Below the pieces are notes generated by a model. The model saw nothing but the letters and a program-made list of their open reading frames with translations. It searched no databases and was not told the DNA's origin. From NCBI RefSeq assembly GCF_902713615.1, contig NC_052154.1, positions 175,221,988-175,285,987 of the forward strand: a DNA stretch of 64,000 bases, written 5' to 3'. The DNA comes from Scyliorhinus canicula. Lineage: Eukaryota. A program made the position numbers and the translations under genes. Shown here one piece after another: positions 21,930-35,900 of the stretch; position 1 is the stretch's first letter, and each line of letters starts with the position of its first letter.

Positions 21930-24060
21930 CCCCCATTTATTGGGCAGTTTTGGAATGCAGGTAAAGTACTCGGGTGGCAGGTTGGTTTCTGCTTCAGCCA
22001 AGGTTAATGCGGCTTTCGAGGGTTTTTACCGTAACCGTTGTAAGTTGGAGATCCCACAGGACGGGTTGTCAATGTTGCAGTTCATGGATGGTTTGCCTAT
22101 CCCGGCGGTGGAGCAGGAAGGAACTGGAGTACTTGTCGACCTCAGAGGAGGTGATGAAATGCATGGGCCTGATGCAGTCAGGTAAGGTGCCGGGGCTGGA
22201 CGGATTCCTGATTGAATTTTATAAAGCGTTTGTGGGACAGTTTGCTCCCATTGCTGTTAGAAATGTTTCTGGATTCGATGTCTCGGGTGACATTGTCGGC
22301 TACATTTGCGCAACATCAATCTTGACCTTAAAGAAAGACAAGTATCCGGCAGAGTGGGTCATGTCGCCTTATTTCGTTGCTGAATGCAGATGCGAAGTTG
22401 TTGGTGAATGTCCTGGCCATGTGCCTGGAGCCCTGCCTACCAGGTGTTCTATCGGAGGAGCAGACAGCGTTTGTTAAGGGTAGGCAGTTGTCGGCCAATG
22501 TTTGGCGACTGCTTAAATGTTGTTTGGTCCCCCTCTCCAGCCCCTGAGCTGTAGGTGATTATTTCATTAGATGCGAAAAAGGCGTTTGATAGGATGGAAT
22601 GCAGTTATTTGTTTGAAATCCTGGGAAAATTTGGCTTTGGGCTTAGATTTATAGCTTGGATCAAGCTCTTGTATAGGGCCCCACCGCAAGTTTCAAATGA
22701 ATGCTTTGAGTTCAAAGTGTTTCCACCTGATGGGAGGCACAAGGCAGGGGTGTCTGCTGTCCCCACTATTGTTTGCCTTAGCAATTGAGCCTCTGGCCAT
22801 AGCATTGAAGTGGAGCGGGATAGAGATGGGTGGGGGGAACGAAGCATAGGGCATCATTGTATGCATACGATTTGTTGTCTATGTGACATATTCTTTCGCC
22901 AGTGTAGAGGAGGCTTGGCTCCTTGTCGGAGTACAAATTGAATTTGGCAAAGGCCAATGCTTTCCGGTGAATCTCCCAGGGAGGGGAGCTGATCTGGGAA
23001 GGTTAACCTTTCACCAGGCCAGGTCCAGCTTCCGTTATCTGGGTGTCCTCGTGCATGAGTCGCAGAAAACGAGCATGCAGGTGCAGCAGATAATAAGGAA
23101 AGCAAATGGAATGTTGGCATTTCTAGCAAAAGGAATTGAGTTTAAAGGTGAGGGCGTGTTGTTGCAACAATACAAGGCATTGGTGAGACCGCACAGGTTT
23201 GGTCCCCTTATTTGAGGAAAGATGTAGTGGCATGGGAGGCAGTTCAGAGGAGTTTCACTAGATTGATTGCAGAGATGAGGGGTTTGTCGTATGAGGAGGG
23301 ATTGAATAGTTTCGGCCTGTACTCTCTAGAGTTTAGAAGAATGAGGGGAGATCAAATCGAGATTATACAAGATGATAAATGGTATGGATAAAGTAGACAT
23401 AGAGCAGATGCTTCCTCTTGTGGGGCATTCTAAAACGAGAGGTCAGAATCTTAGAATACGAAGTAACAAATTTAATACAGATTTGAGGAGAAACTACTCC
23501 CAAAAGGTTGTGAATCTGTGAAATTCGCTACACTAGAATGCAGTGGATGCAGGGACAGTGAGTAAATTTAAAGAGGAGTTTAAAAGATTTTAATTGATTG
23601 AAGGGGTATGGAGAACAGGCAGGACAGTGGAGTTGAGGCCAGAATGGGATCAGCCATGATCACATTGAGGGTGTTGGTCTCGGGAGGCTAAATTGCCTAC
23701 TCTTGCTCCTAGGTCATGTGTTGTAGGGAGGAGATGCTCTGGCTGATTTCGCAATCCAGCTCATGGTCTGTAGCATTGTAGCTAGCAGATGAGGAACATA
23801 TCAGCCATGATAGAATGGCAGAGCAGATTCGCTGGGCCGAATGGCCTAATTTTGCTCCTATATGTGATGAACTTATGATCCCGGGTGGCCTACGATTGGA
23901 CCTCTCTCCATAAATTATTTTGGTGATCTGCTCAATACGATGAAGGCTGACCTGGGAGATGGGAAAACCGCACGCTGACCTTGGCGCGGGAAGGGTTCAG
24001 TCAGTAAATATGAATATCCTCCCAAGGTTTTTATTTTTGTTTCAGTGCCTTCCAATTTAT
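21930..24060 (+). mobile_element. Degenerate L1 ORF2 fragment with a CR1 inserted at ~23040-23880
   Basis: MQSGKVPGLDGFLIEFYK, IISLDAKKAFDRME..LFEILGKFGFG, LAREGSVS/MNILPRFLFLFQCLPI. The CR1 part reads QVQQIIRKANGMLAFLAKGIEFK. Confidence 0.8.
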
Positions 24061-24062
24061 AT

Positions 24063-24312
24063 GGGCGGCACGGTAGCACTGTGGTTAGCACTGTCGCTTC
24101 ACAGGTTTGATTCCTGGCTTGGGTCACTGTCTGTGTGGAGTCTGCACATTTTCCCCGTGTCTGCATGAGTTTCCTCTGGGTGCTCCGGTTTCCTCCCACA
24201 AGTCCCGAAAGACGTGCTGTTAGGTAATTTGGACATTCTGAATTCTCCCTCCATGTACCCGAACAGGCACCGAAATGTGACGACTAGTGGCTTTTCGCAG
24301 TAACTTTATTTG
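24063..24312 (+). mobile_element. HE1-head SINE with alternative (gacattctgaattctccc..ttttcacagtaact) tail
   Basis: Same head and core, different 3' module. Similar copies at ~33530-33800 (-), 34582-34852 (+) and ~44925-45162 (-). Confidence 0.75.
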
Positions 24313-27302
24313 CTGCCAATTTGCACAAAACAAGAGTAATGTAATGTGATAAAGTAAATAATTGTTTTTTTTTCCCCCTGATGGTCACTGAGGGATGAAT
24401 ATCGACCAGGACATAGGGAGAACTTATTGAAACTACCAAAATCACGAGTTGAGAATTTCTATCGCTGTAAATTTAGCAACATTTACATATCGCATCTCCC
24501 TTCGTCCAAATTCTTTAGCTACTTCTTGTTTTCTTTATCTTGCTGTGCGCTCCTAGTGGTCAGAGGGGAGGGAGGTTACTCGCTTCTGTTAATATCACTA
24601 AGTGAAGAGTCTTGGGATTTTCTCTTCCTTCTTGAGAAGTCCCTGGTAGAAACTGGAAACTCAAGTCTTGACTTTAATGTTCCCCCATTGATGGGTTTGA
24701 AGTTGGGGTTGTGGGTGGAATGATTAGATCCAATGGCCCACTCACCCCTTCCCCCACTGCAGTTTTACCAGTGACAGGGGTGATTTTTAGCAGCCTCCTC
24801 ACCTTTTGGCTCGGTGAGTTCCTAAAGTGAATAATTAATGCCACCACCACCATTGGGATTCAACCAGTGTCATGTGCAGTTTTTTTTAATATGTATAGAT
24901 TATTTCCATTTATCTTAACCCTTAATTCTGCAATTGTCTGACTCAACTTAAACTCAACAAAATCCAATAAATCATTTGCTTCGAACAAGACGTAGCCATA
25001 AGGCAAGATGGACTCCGAGTAGTAAATTAAAAGAGAAATTTTATTTTAAAAAGGAAAAAGTTTACTCAACATAAAATAGACTTTACAGCTTCAAACAAGT
25101 TATCAGATCTCTGAAAAGTAAGGTTATCATCCTGCTCCTTCACTGACAGCAATCCTTTCAAATTCTGCCTCGGGAGCATCCAGTACCTGACTAGCTGGCA
25201 AAGGTGTCTTCAAAGCTTTTCCTTTTAGGCCCTAAACTATTAATACCTCATCTCAGAGCATTTCTGTGAAGTTTCATAATTGGTTAATTTAAATTTTTGG
25301 TTTGTTTTAATTGGAGTTTGACAACTCACGTACCATAATCTCTTTAAAGGACAATATTTATTTTGCACTGTTTTATGTTATCTGATTTCACACAGTTGTC
25401 GATTGTGCATTTGGTCATGGCGTTTGCTGAGCTTAGCACAACAGATCTGATTGATACTCATCCAAAGCAGACATATCAAAATGGTATTTAAAATTATACG
25501 GTCTTAAATCCAGCTTTAATATAACTACTTGATGAATTACTATTTCTTCAATTACAACTTGGAAAAAAAAATTCAAGATGGTGCCGGAGTGAGCCGACTT
25601 TTTGCAAGCTGTGCCCATCATATCCTCTAATTCTATCTTTTACTCTCGTTCTATATTCTGCAGTCTCTCCTTCCTTCCCTATGTATGGTATGCATTGTTT
25701 GTACAGCATGCAAGAAACAATACTTTTCACTGTATACCAATACATGTGACAATAATAAATCAGATCAACTTAACTGAGCTACACTAGTCAATTAGCAGTT
25801 TCTGGCTGGTTCCTAATTATGTAATAACAATTAATACATGCGAGTGATTATAAAATACAGAATACAAAATGGCTTCTGATTTCAACTGTTAGCACTAAAT
25901 GGCATTTTGACTTTGTTAGCTTATTACAATAAATATAACATGACATTTATTTTAAAATTGTTGAGTTACACTAAAAGCTGGTATCCAGGCATACTTACGC
26001 AGGACAGGCCAAGACAAGTGCCCAATCCGACTGTCTCTGCTTGTGGGCTAGTGGTGGGTGGACTGGTGGTGGGGTTCCTCCTTAACTGTTAAATTAGGTT
26101 TCCCTCCCCCCCCTGGATTTAACAGACATCACAATACCACCCCCCCCCCCACTGGCTTTTTAGTTGGGCGGGAACTGCATACCTGCACCACCTTGTTAAA
26201 TCTAGCCGATTGACTGCGTGTCTTACAGATGTAAACTAGCAGACAATTAGTCAATACCATAATGTACTAATATACCACTGCAATGTTCCACAATGCAATA
26301 TACCTCAATGAAACAATGTGGAATATTTCCTCTCTACTACATATAATAAAACTGGAAACCTATTTACTAAGAACGAGTTTATTATACATAGGCAGGGGCA
26401 CAGAGGAAACCTTCCCTGATTACATTTAAAACAATAATACATTTGTTAAAGCATCTATTGTACAAGTAAATAATTTCTTTGTGGTTACTCTATTATTTTG
26501 TAAAAGGAACTGATGTCATAATTTTACAGGAAAAGTAATGTTGCCGCCTACTTTACTGAAAACATTTTTGGACATAACACCGGGTAGAATTATGTAAGCT
26601 TCTCTATTCTTTTTAATTCTTCCCCTTCTGTCTCAATTTCAATATCAAATAGGCTGACATGTTTATCAAATTGTGTTTCGCTCAATTCATGTCATGTTAA
26701 ATCAAGACACAAGTGCAGGTACAGCGACTTAAAACAGGCAACCACATGACTGAGACCATGCCGAATATAAGATGTTGCCGGATTTCAGGTTGAAGAGTTT
26801 GGGCCACAGGCACCAAGCCAGGTCGGGTGGGGTCAGCAGCTGCTCAGAGTGCAGAATAGACCAGCGTGCAAGCGGCAAAGGGAATGGCTAGTCAGATGCC
26901 ACACTGCACCAAGGCAGTGCCAATGCAGTGCCTGGACAGGTGATGTAGGAAATCTTTTTTTATTTTACGCAATTAAAACTGATGCATGGTACATTCTAAA
27001 AACGTCCACTTCTCAGACAACTCTGGGTTTTGAGCAGCCAGATTTGAGACACCATTAAACTTTAGTTTTCTTCTCAACTACAGTATTTTTTTTTTTTAAA
27101 TTGCCATGGCCATTAACTAAATATATAGAACCTGGCATTAAATCTCACTGTTCTGATCTATGCAATATAACCACTGTTGACTTTTGACCAAATAGATGAT
27201 ACAACTAAGAATTGACAGTGAATTAAATTGTGACAATGAACCTTTACAAACGTTCACAGTGCAAAACTGTCCTCTGAGTTTAATTTCAGGATTGATTTAA
27301 AA

Positions 27303-28160
27303 TCATGCCAAAACAAATTGCCAATTGGTCAGTAGGATTTCAATTCCACTTAATACTGAGACCACAGATGTGGCTGGGTTCAGTTTCAATGTATTAGCAT
27401 CACCCTTTTTACATTTATCTCTGAAAACATAGATACACCCATTGCAACTAGCAATCTTCCAGAGAGATGGTACACGACTCCAAACCTCTGGGAAACGAAG
27501 TCTGGTGAAGCTGTCAAGCAATGGATTGTAACAGACCAAAGAATCGCCCTCAGCGACAATAAAAATCAGGTCCTTGTGAATAGCAGCGTGCATACGGCCT
27601 GCAAAGGGGAGGAGGTATGACTTTAACTGGCATGTTCTGGACTGTGTGTCATAACACTGGATGAGGCGCGATGGTTTGGTAAAGAAATCCAGGTCATTCT
27701 CCTCCCCACCCAGAAGGTAAATCGTTCCATTCAGGTTAACACCAGCAGCACAAGATACCGCAGTGTCCAGCTGATTGGTTTCAACCCACACATTATCACA
27801 GACCACATAATAAATGACAGCGCTGGAAAGTGTATCCTGCAGGGTTTTCCCACCCAGTGAATAAATGGCATCCTCACTTGGCACTGATACCAGCGTGTGC
27901 TGAAGGCGATCTCTTGGCAATGATGCACACTGTTCCCAGTCCATTGTCCCCATGTTGCACTTCCACATTCGCCGTGGGATGGGGCCACCCACCACATACA
28001 GGTCACTGCCATGTTTGCATGCTGCCGTGATCTGCTGACGCAATCGATTTTGTCCGCTGACACTGATGGCATCGTCATCACAATGCAAAGAAACTGCCAA
28101 TGAGTGGGTCCGTGTATCTTCCTTTCCAATCAGATAAATATGAACAATCTCACCAATTTC
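27303..28160 (-). CDS. KBTBD4: KBTBD4 last coding exon (Kelch repeats)
   Basis: aaacag|EIGEIVHIYLIGKE..GGPIPRRMWKC..LLTNWQFVLA*, 858 nt. Candidate AATAAA (minus) at 26378-26383. Confidence 0.97.
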   Translation of the reverse strand, partial: EIGEIVHIYLIGKEDTRTHSLAVSLHCDDDAISVSGQNRLRQQITAACKHGSDLYVVGGPIPRRMWKCNMGTMDWEQCASLPRDRLQHTLVSVPSEDAIYSLGGKTLQDTLSSAVIYYVVCDNVWVETNQLDTAVSCAAGVNLNGTIYLLGGEENDLDFFTKPSRLIQCYDTQSRTCQLKSYLLPFAGRMHAAIHKDLIFIVAEGDSLVCYNPLLDSFTRLRFPEVWSRVPSLWKIASCNGCIYVFRDKCKKGDANTLKLNPATSVVSVLSGIEILLTNWQFVLA

Positions 28161-28395
28161 CTGTTTGGGACACAAAATAAATGAAAAACCAGATGAACAA
28201 CGATGGCAGTGTTCCTTTAGATGACAATCCTGAAATGAATACAATAAGCTACAGAGCTGTGACATTATCGGGAGCACTCAAACAGACTATCTTTAGACAA
28301 GATGACTGAAGTGCTCGCTACGACTTTCCTTTGCATCATTGGAAGCAGTTTCTATTGCGAGTTGAGTGTAAACCAAAAATGGCTCCCTCCTTTCC

Positions 28396-28693
28396 GGGCA
28401 ACACGGTAGCACAAGTGGATAGCACTGTGGCTTCACAGCGCCAGGGTCTCGAGTTTTATTCCCCATTGGGTCACTGTCTGTGCGGAGTCTGCACGTTCAC
28501 CTCATGTCTGCGTGGGTTTCCTCCGGGTGCTCTGGTTTCCTCCCACAGTCCAAAGACGTGCAGGTTAGGTGGATTGGACATGATAAATTGCCCTTAGTGA
28601 CCAAAAAGGTTAGGAGGGGTTACGGGGATAGGGTGGGTCGGTGCAGACTCAATGGGCCGAATGGCCTCCTTCTGCACTGAATGTTCTATGTTC
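28396..28693 (+). mobile_element. HE1-type SINE
   Basis: Head gggcaacacggtagcacaagtggatagc, central core, CR1-like tail. Confidence 0.85.
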
Positions 28694-29209
28694 TTTTGAT
28701 AATTTTCTGTACAAACCACTGTATCCGCAATTGAAGCAGCAAAACAACTTTACCGTCCCCTCTAAACAATACGTGAATGAGGTTTCCCCAAAATCCGTGA
28801 ATTACCTACAATTTCTGTTTTGGTTAGTTAATAAAACAGCCCATCATTAAATCACTGCCGTCAATGTCCAGGTTGCATCTGATCATGATTAAACCTTTTA
28901 GGGGAGTAGTGTCTAACTTCTGGGATTGGCAGCTATGCTGGTCTCATCACTTATCCAGACGATACACTCCACTCAATGAAGCTCTATTGTCAGAGATGTT
29001 TTGTGCCTCCTCCTGCTTCAGCTTTGCTGTAATTATGGTCGTTCAAGCTTCGGTGCTCCATGATATACTCAGACCATGATCCTTAATTATTTTTCCATCA
29101 GTGAACTTGGTAAAAAAGAGATAAATGCGGAGGGGAAAAACAATGTTCTAGCCTGTAAATGTTAAAACTGTGGTTTAGATATTGAGCTTAGAGTTCCTTT
29201 TTTGTTTAG

Positions 29210-32200
29210 GGATAGGTTTGTTCAAAGTAGGTTTTAGTTTGTGAATGCCTTTCTTCTATTTGTATGCGTATTTGGGTGTGGTAGTGTCTGAGGGCGAGGA
29301 CAAGGGGGTGAGGGTAGTTTGCTGACGGTGCCTTCAATTTTTCTTTCTGATTTGGTTTGGCAGCCATCTTTGGTGAGCCTGGTTGATGTACCTTTTGTGT
29401 TTCTGTTGGGAGAGAGCTCTTGGTGGAAATGGCTGATACCGGATTGAGGGGAGGTGGAAGACCCCAATTCATTTGGTCACCCAGAATGTCAGGATGTTCA
29501 ATGGCCCAGTGAAAAGGTTGAAAGTATTTGCTCACTGTAAGAGTTTAAATTCTGAAGTGGAGTTTTTGCAATGGACTCATTTGTAGATCAGGGACCAGAC
29601 AAGGCTGCGGATAGAGTGGATGGGATGGCAGGGCTTCGATGGCAGGGCCAGGGGTGCGGCAATATTAATAAAAGGGTTCATTTTTCTGCTGCTAAGGTCT
29701 TGGATGAGCTCAATGGCAGGCACGTCATTGTCTGTGGCTCTCTGGCGAGAACTCTGGTTAATATCTATTCCAAACTGGGATGATGCGAATTTTATTAATT
29801 ATCTGATGGATTTGCATCAACTTATTTTGGGTGGGGACTTAAATTGTGTCCTGAATCCTAGTCTGTACCAAGTCCAAATCTCTGACTCCATCAGGGGTTG
29901 CCAGAATGGTTATTGTGGTGTTGTTTTTCATGGAATAGATGGGGGAGGGGGGGGGGGGGGGGGGGGGGGGAGAGCTTTTTGCACCCAGGTGCCAAAGATT
30001 TTTGACTTTTCTCACATGTGCAGATCAATTTTTTTGTGGTAGATTGGGTGTCTCCTCCCTTCTGTGGTGGCTGCTGAGTACTCAGAGAATGAGATTCAGA
30101 CTATGCCCTGCAGTTTGTGGACTTGGCACTGGAATCAGGTCCCTCCCAGCGTCCACCATGGAGGCTGGACACATTAGCAGACAAGAAATTTTATGAAAGC
30201 GTTTCCACTGCCATTGGGAATATATAAAATTGAATAAAAGTGAGTTAATCTCACCTTCTATGCTATGGGTAGCCCTCAGGGAGCAGATTATCTCCTATAA
30301 TGTACAAGTGGTGAAGACAGCGAAGGCAGAGCAGCAGAGGCTGGTGGACTCCATTATTGGGATGGACCACCAATACTTACTTGCCCCCACTCAGAGTTGT
30401 TGGCAAGTAGGAATAAACTCCAGACTCAATTTGAGCTATTGTCAATAGACAGAGCAGTGGGCCAGCTGCAACACTCGAGGGATATGTTTTATGAATACGA
30501 GGAGAAGGCCTGGCACCTCTTCGCTTACCAGCTGAAGCGACAGGCAGCTTCCCGGGAGATCGTACAGGTAGATAACTTGAGCAGCAGCCTGGTTTCCGCC
30601 CCACCTCAGGTTCATACGGCTTTTGAATCGTTCTATCGGGGTCTCTATAGATTAGAACCTCCGGCTGAGGGATCGGTCATAACTGACTTTTGTGGGCAGC
30701 ACGGTGGCGCAGTGGGTTAGCCCTGCTGCCTCACAGCGCCGAGGTCCCAGGTTCGATCCTGGCTCTGGGTCACTGTCCGTGTGGAGTTTGCACATCTCCC
30801 CGTGTTTGCGTGGGTTTCACCCCACAACCCAAAAATGTGCAGGCTAGGTGGATTGGCCACACTAAATTGCCCCTTAATTGAAAAAAATGAATTGAGTACA
30901 CTAAATTAAATTTAAAAAATAACTGACTTTTGGGCAGCTTATCCATCCCAGCTGTGGAAGGGCAGAGGAGCGATGACGGAATCCCCGTCGGAGCCGGAGG
31001 AAATCAAGAAATGCATTAGGTTGATGCAGATTGGTAAAGCCCTTGGCCCAGATGGCTCCCCATCGAATTTTATATGAGGTTTGCAGAGCCTTTAATTCTA
31101 GATATATTTAATGATTTCTTATCCCGGGGTTTGTTGCCCTCTACCCTCACACAGGCTTCTATCTCCTTGATTCTCAAGAAAAACAAAGACCCAACAGAGT
31201 GTGGGTCGTATCACCATATCTCATGCTTAAATGCGGGTGTTAAGTTACTCGCCAAAGTGCGGCAGGAGGTGATCTTGGAGGATCGGACAGGCTTTGTTAA
31301 GGGTGGGCAATTGTTGGCCAATATACGTTGCTTGCTAAACATTGTCCTTTTCCCGTCCTTGGTGCTTGTTTGCCCAGATGCCGAAAGGCATTTGATAGGA
31401 GTGCAACGGGAATATCTGTTTGAGATTCTTGGGCAGTTTGGATTTGGACACAAGTTATCTCCTGGATGAGACGACTGCTGAGGGCCCCCAATACTAGTGA
31501 TTATATGAATGCTCTGAGCTCCGGCTACTTCCCGTTGAATAGGAGCACAAGGCAGAGGTATCCACTGTCTTCGCTCCTGTTTGCTTTGGCAATAGAACCG
31601 CTTGCTATAGTGCTGAGGTCCTCTATTAAGTGGAGGAGGATATATCGGAGAGGGGTGGAGCTTCGGGTGTCCCTTTACACGGAGGACATACGTCTCGCTA
31701 TTACAGGCCCAGTACCCTCTATGGAGAGGTTAATGAAGCTGCTGAGGAGTTTTGACTCCTTCTCTGGGTGCATGTGAACTTGGACAAGAGTGAATGTTCC
31801 ACGGTCAACCCCCGGGAAGGAGAGCCCACTGGAGGCGCTACCTTTTTGCCTTGCCAAGACTAACTTTCATTATCTGGGGATCCGTGTGGCCCCAGACTTA
31901 GATGTAGGGTAACCCCCCCCTGTCCTTGGCAGGCAGGGTTCAGACTATTAAAATGAACGTACTCCCAAGATTTTTTATTTGTTTTTCAATGTTTCTCCAT
32001 TTTCTCACCAAGTCCTTTTTTGTCAAAGTCAATAAATTAATGTCCTCCTTTATTTGGGCGGTAAGATTCCAAGGATCCATGGGGGTTTGCTCCAAAGAGA
32101 TAGGCAGTCAGGGGCTTGGCTCTGCCCAATTTGTTTTATTATTGGATAGCCAATATTCAGAAAATATTGATCTGGGTCCCACATGGGGACAAATTCAAGC

Positions 32201-32975
32201 AAGTTCCTGCACTGTTTCTAGCCTTGGTACAATAGTTACTGCATCATTGCCTTTCACTTCAGTAAAGTTTCCCCCGAATCCAGTTGTGGTGTCCACCCTG
32301 AGAATTTGGAAGCAGTTCAGACAGCATTTTCAGCTCTGTTCCCTGCCTTTGCTAGCCTCCATCTGCAACAACCACCTTTTCATGCCAGCGGGTTTGGACT
32401 CAACATTTAGGTCATGGGAGGGGAAGGGGTTGCTGAGGTCTGGAGTTGGCAGAGAAATTCCAATTCTCTGGTTCCAGTCTTTTCAGATACTTTCAGATTC
32501 ACGATTTTCCACACAAAGCTTTTCCCTCCTTTCCCTTGCCACCCTCTTCCCTGTTGAAAAGAATTTTATCTTTGGCCGGGTCTGATGAGGTGTTTATTTC
32601 AGACATATATGGCCATATGCTCTCAGTGGAGTTAGCTCCGTTGAGTGAGGTGGGGATGAAATGGGAGGGTGAATTGGGTCCCATTCTGGATGGTGAGGGA
32701 TGGAGTGAGGCCCTTCACAAGGTCGAATCCACTTCTTCATGTGCTTGGCTAAGTCTGATCCAATTCAAGGTGGTGCACAGGGCACATCTGACTAAAGCGA
32801 GGATGAGCGGAATTGTCTCTGGGGTCACTTTCAGCTGTTCGGGGCTTCGTTTAATTTTTGAGGGTTAAGTTAATAGCACTTTTGCTTTTTAGTCTTGTTC
32901 GTTTATTGTGTAACTTTGTGTTGTATGATTTTGTTTATTATGGAAAATTTTTAATAAACAGATTTTTTTTAAAAG
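29210..32975 (+). mobile_element. Degenerate L1 (ORF2 EN-RT-C-terminus) in a KBTBD4 intron
   Basis: EN remnant LILGGDLNCVLNP. RT remnants QASISLILKKNKDPTECGSY and PLSSLLFALAIEPLA. C-terminal SLIQFKVVHRAHLTKARMS. AATAAA and A-rich end near 32955-32974. Confidence 0.9.
30694..30918 (+). mobile_element. Short A-tailed HE1-core SINE with 14-bp TSD
   Basis: TSD ATAACTGACTTTTG at 30679-30692 and 30919-30932. Confidence 0.88.
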
Positions 32976-35900
32976 TGTGATTTCAAAAAAGTATTCTCAA
33001 GAAATAAGCAACATGGGTGAGGTTGAATTTATTGCCCATCCCACTTGACTTGAAGTGGTGAGTCCTATCCTGATGGTGAGGGTCCTCCCAAAATGATATT
33101 GGATAAAGAATTTGAGGATGTTGCCTCAGAAACGATGTTGGATCAGCAAGATATTTTGGTTTCTGACATGGAGGAGGATTTGGAGGGAAGAGTGTTCTTG
33201 TTCTCAGTGGTAGAGAGGGAGGTGTTGTCAAAATAACTTCAGTGAATTACTTTTTCATGTATTCTTTCATGGGACTGTTGCCCATCTCCAATTGCCCCTG
33301 AACTGAATGACTTGAGAGGCTGTTTCAGAGGGGCAGTTAAGAATTAACCACATTGCTGTGCGTCTAGAGTCACCATTAGGCCAGACTAGGTAAGATCGGC
33401 AGATTTCCGTCCCTAAAAGAAAATTAGTGAACCAGAGGTTTTCTACAACAATCAGCGGTGATCCCCCTCAGAGGATATTGGCAATGGTTGTGATCTTGAA
33501 GGCCAAGGGTAAATGTTTGGGCATTCATAATAAGAATCTTATTAGTGTCACAAGTAGGCTTACATTTACACTGCAATGAAGTTACTGTGAAAATTCCCTA
33601 ATCGCCACATTCCGACGCCTGTTCAGGTACACTTAGGGAGAATTCAGACTGTCCAATTCACCTAACAAGCACTTCTTTCAGGCCTTTTGGGAGGAAACCC
33701 ACTCAGACGCAGGAAGAAGGTGCAAATTCCACAGACAGTGACGAAGCTGGGAATCGAACCCACGTCCCTGGTGCTGTGAAGCAACAGTGTTGATCACTGT
33801 TGTTCAAAATAGCCATTTCTTGCACTTATGTGACGTACATGTTACCTGCCATTTGCTGCCCTGGTATTATCCAGACCTTGCTATGATCATATGAATTTGG
33901 GGCAGGAGATGACCATGCAGCTAGCTCTTCCAACCTGCTCTGCCAATTCAGTAAGAACGTGGCTGATCTGACTGTAGCCCAATCACCACTTCCTGGCCTG
34001 TCCCCCATAAACCTTGTAAATAGGGATCTTTAAGAAATTGGAGTTTATTTTGAATTGTATAGAATGCTCATGGAACTATGAGGCACAATATTCAATTATC
34101 TCCCTCTCTCTTTCTCTGAATAAAACATGAACAATCCTTAGTCAGGGACCAAAACAAGATAGAGATAAAGGCCACACAGATTGTGCTCCCCGCATTGAAG
34201 TCACTAGACTCCACAAATATTTCTGAACCAATAACAGGAAGTATCCTGGTGCCATGTGCACTGCCTTTATCTAGCAAATAAAAACTGATCTCAAGCCAGG
34301 GTGAAGGTGGACGGGGGAAGTGACCACGCTGGCATCTTGGGTACTCGTTCTGTTGCCATTGGTCAGAATGGTTTGAACAGATGAATGGCACTGGGTGATT
34401 TACTAGCCCCCACAAATAGGGTATTTCCAGCGGGTGCTCATAAGGATAGGGTCCAGCCCGAGGTTGGAAGAAGATAAAGAGTTCCCCAATATCCCAGCCA
34501 GGTTGAGGGGGAAAAGAACAGAGATAGAGAAGAAGATTGCCTTTGGCAGACAGTGAAAGACTGAGAGAGTCTGAAACTCAAGGGCGGCACAGCAGCACAG
34601 TGGTTAGCACTGTTGCTTCACAGTGCCGGGGACCCGCGTTTGATTCCCGGCTTGGGTCACTGTCTGTGCGGAGCCTGCATGTTCTCCCCGTGTCTGCGTG
34701 GGTTTCCTCCCACAGGTCCCAAATTGGACATTCTGAATTCTCTCTCAGTGTACCCGAACAGACGGGGAGTGTGGCGACGAGGGGATTTTCACAGTAACTT
34801 CATTGTAGTATTAATATAAGCCTACTTATGACACTAATAAGTATTATTATTATTTTGGGTTTCAGAAATCAGCAGGATCCATTTGTTCATCTTCTGAGAG
34901 CAAAATGATGTTATCACAAGCTATGGAGAACAGACACCAACCATTCAGCCTCTCCACTGTCATGGGTTTATAATTTTCTTGTCTATTTAGTTAATGCATT
35001 ACATCTAAACTGTTATCTCTTCAATAAACTACCTTATAATTACTTACAAATACTCGATTGCCTATCTTAGGAATCTGTGGATCCTGAACCTGAAATCTTA
35101 AACCTTGTCGATCAAATATCTGCCTAATTATCTTTTTACCTCTCTCCTTTAGGCATCACAGTTGTCTTTGCCTCAGTGAATTTCTATAATAATCTTTATT
35201 GGCACAAGTAGGCTTACATTAACACTGCAGTGAAGTTACCGTGCTCTACATTCTCCCAAAAATTTACATGGGAAGAGTATTTCTGTACTCCAGCTGGATT
35301 GGTTTGAATATTAAGATTATGTCCCCTCGTTCTGATTTCTTTACCAGAGGAATGCTTTATTCTCCTATCTTCTCCATTAGTTCTGGATAATATTACTCGT
35401 TTTAGATCTGTTCTGACTTTATAAAAGTTGAGGCCTAAAAATTGTGCTTTAAGTGCACAACCCACCAAGGAGTTAAAGCATAATACATGGCCCTGGACCT
35501 CTCCTAAGCAATGATTACATCCACTGTTTTTGAAGTCTGCACGGGTAATAGAAAGATGAAAGATTGGCATTTGTGTAGTGTCTTACACAACCTCACAATG
35601 TCAAAAAGCACATTGCAGCAAATTAAGTACTTTTGAAATCTAGTCACTGTAATGTAGGAAACACAGCAGCCAATTTATACACAGCAAGATCCCAAGATAA
35701 ATGACAAAATTATCTGTTTTAGGAATGTTGTATGAGGAATATATTGCAGGCTACGTCTTGGCCACCACAGCTAGAAGACACAAGCTTAGTTCCTTTCCCC
35801 ATCATATTCGAGAAGTTTTCTGGGCAGTTCTATTATTGGACAGGTTGCTGCAGAGACTGAACACTGTGGAATTGTTCGCAAACAGTCCTGATCATTATGA

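Noticed and set aside
28161-28277. N-terminal part of ORF 27303..28277, and similar overhangs on ORFs 15946, 19317, 56886, 57501, 58443 and 58932
   Set aside because: Intronic read-through beyond the splice sites. Homology starts at the AG acceptors.
29941-29970. ~30-nt poly-G run
   Set aside because: Homopolymer expansion inside a dead L1, and its length is unreliable.
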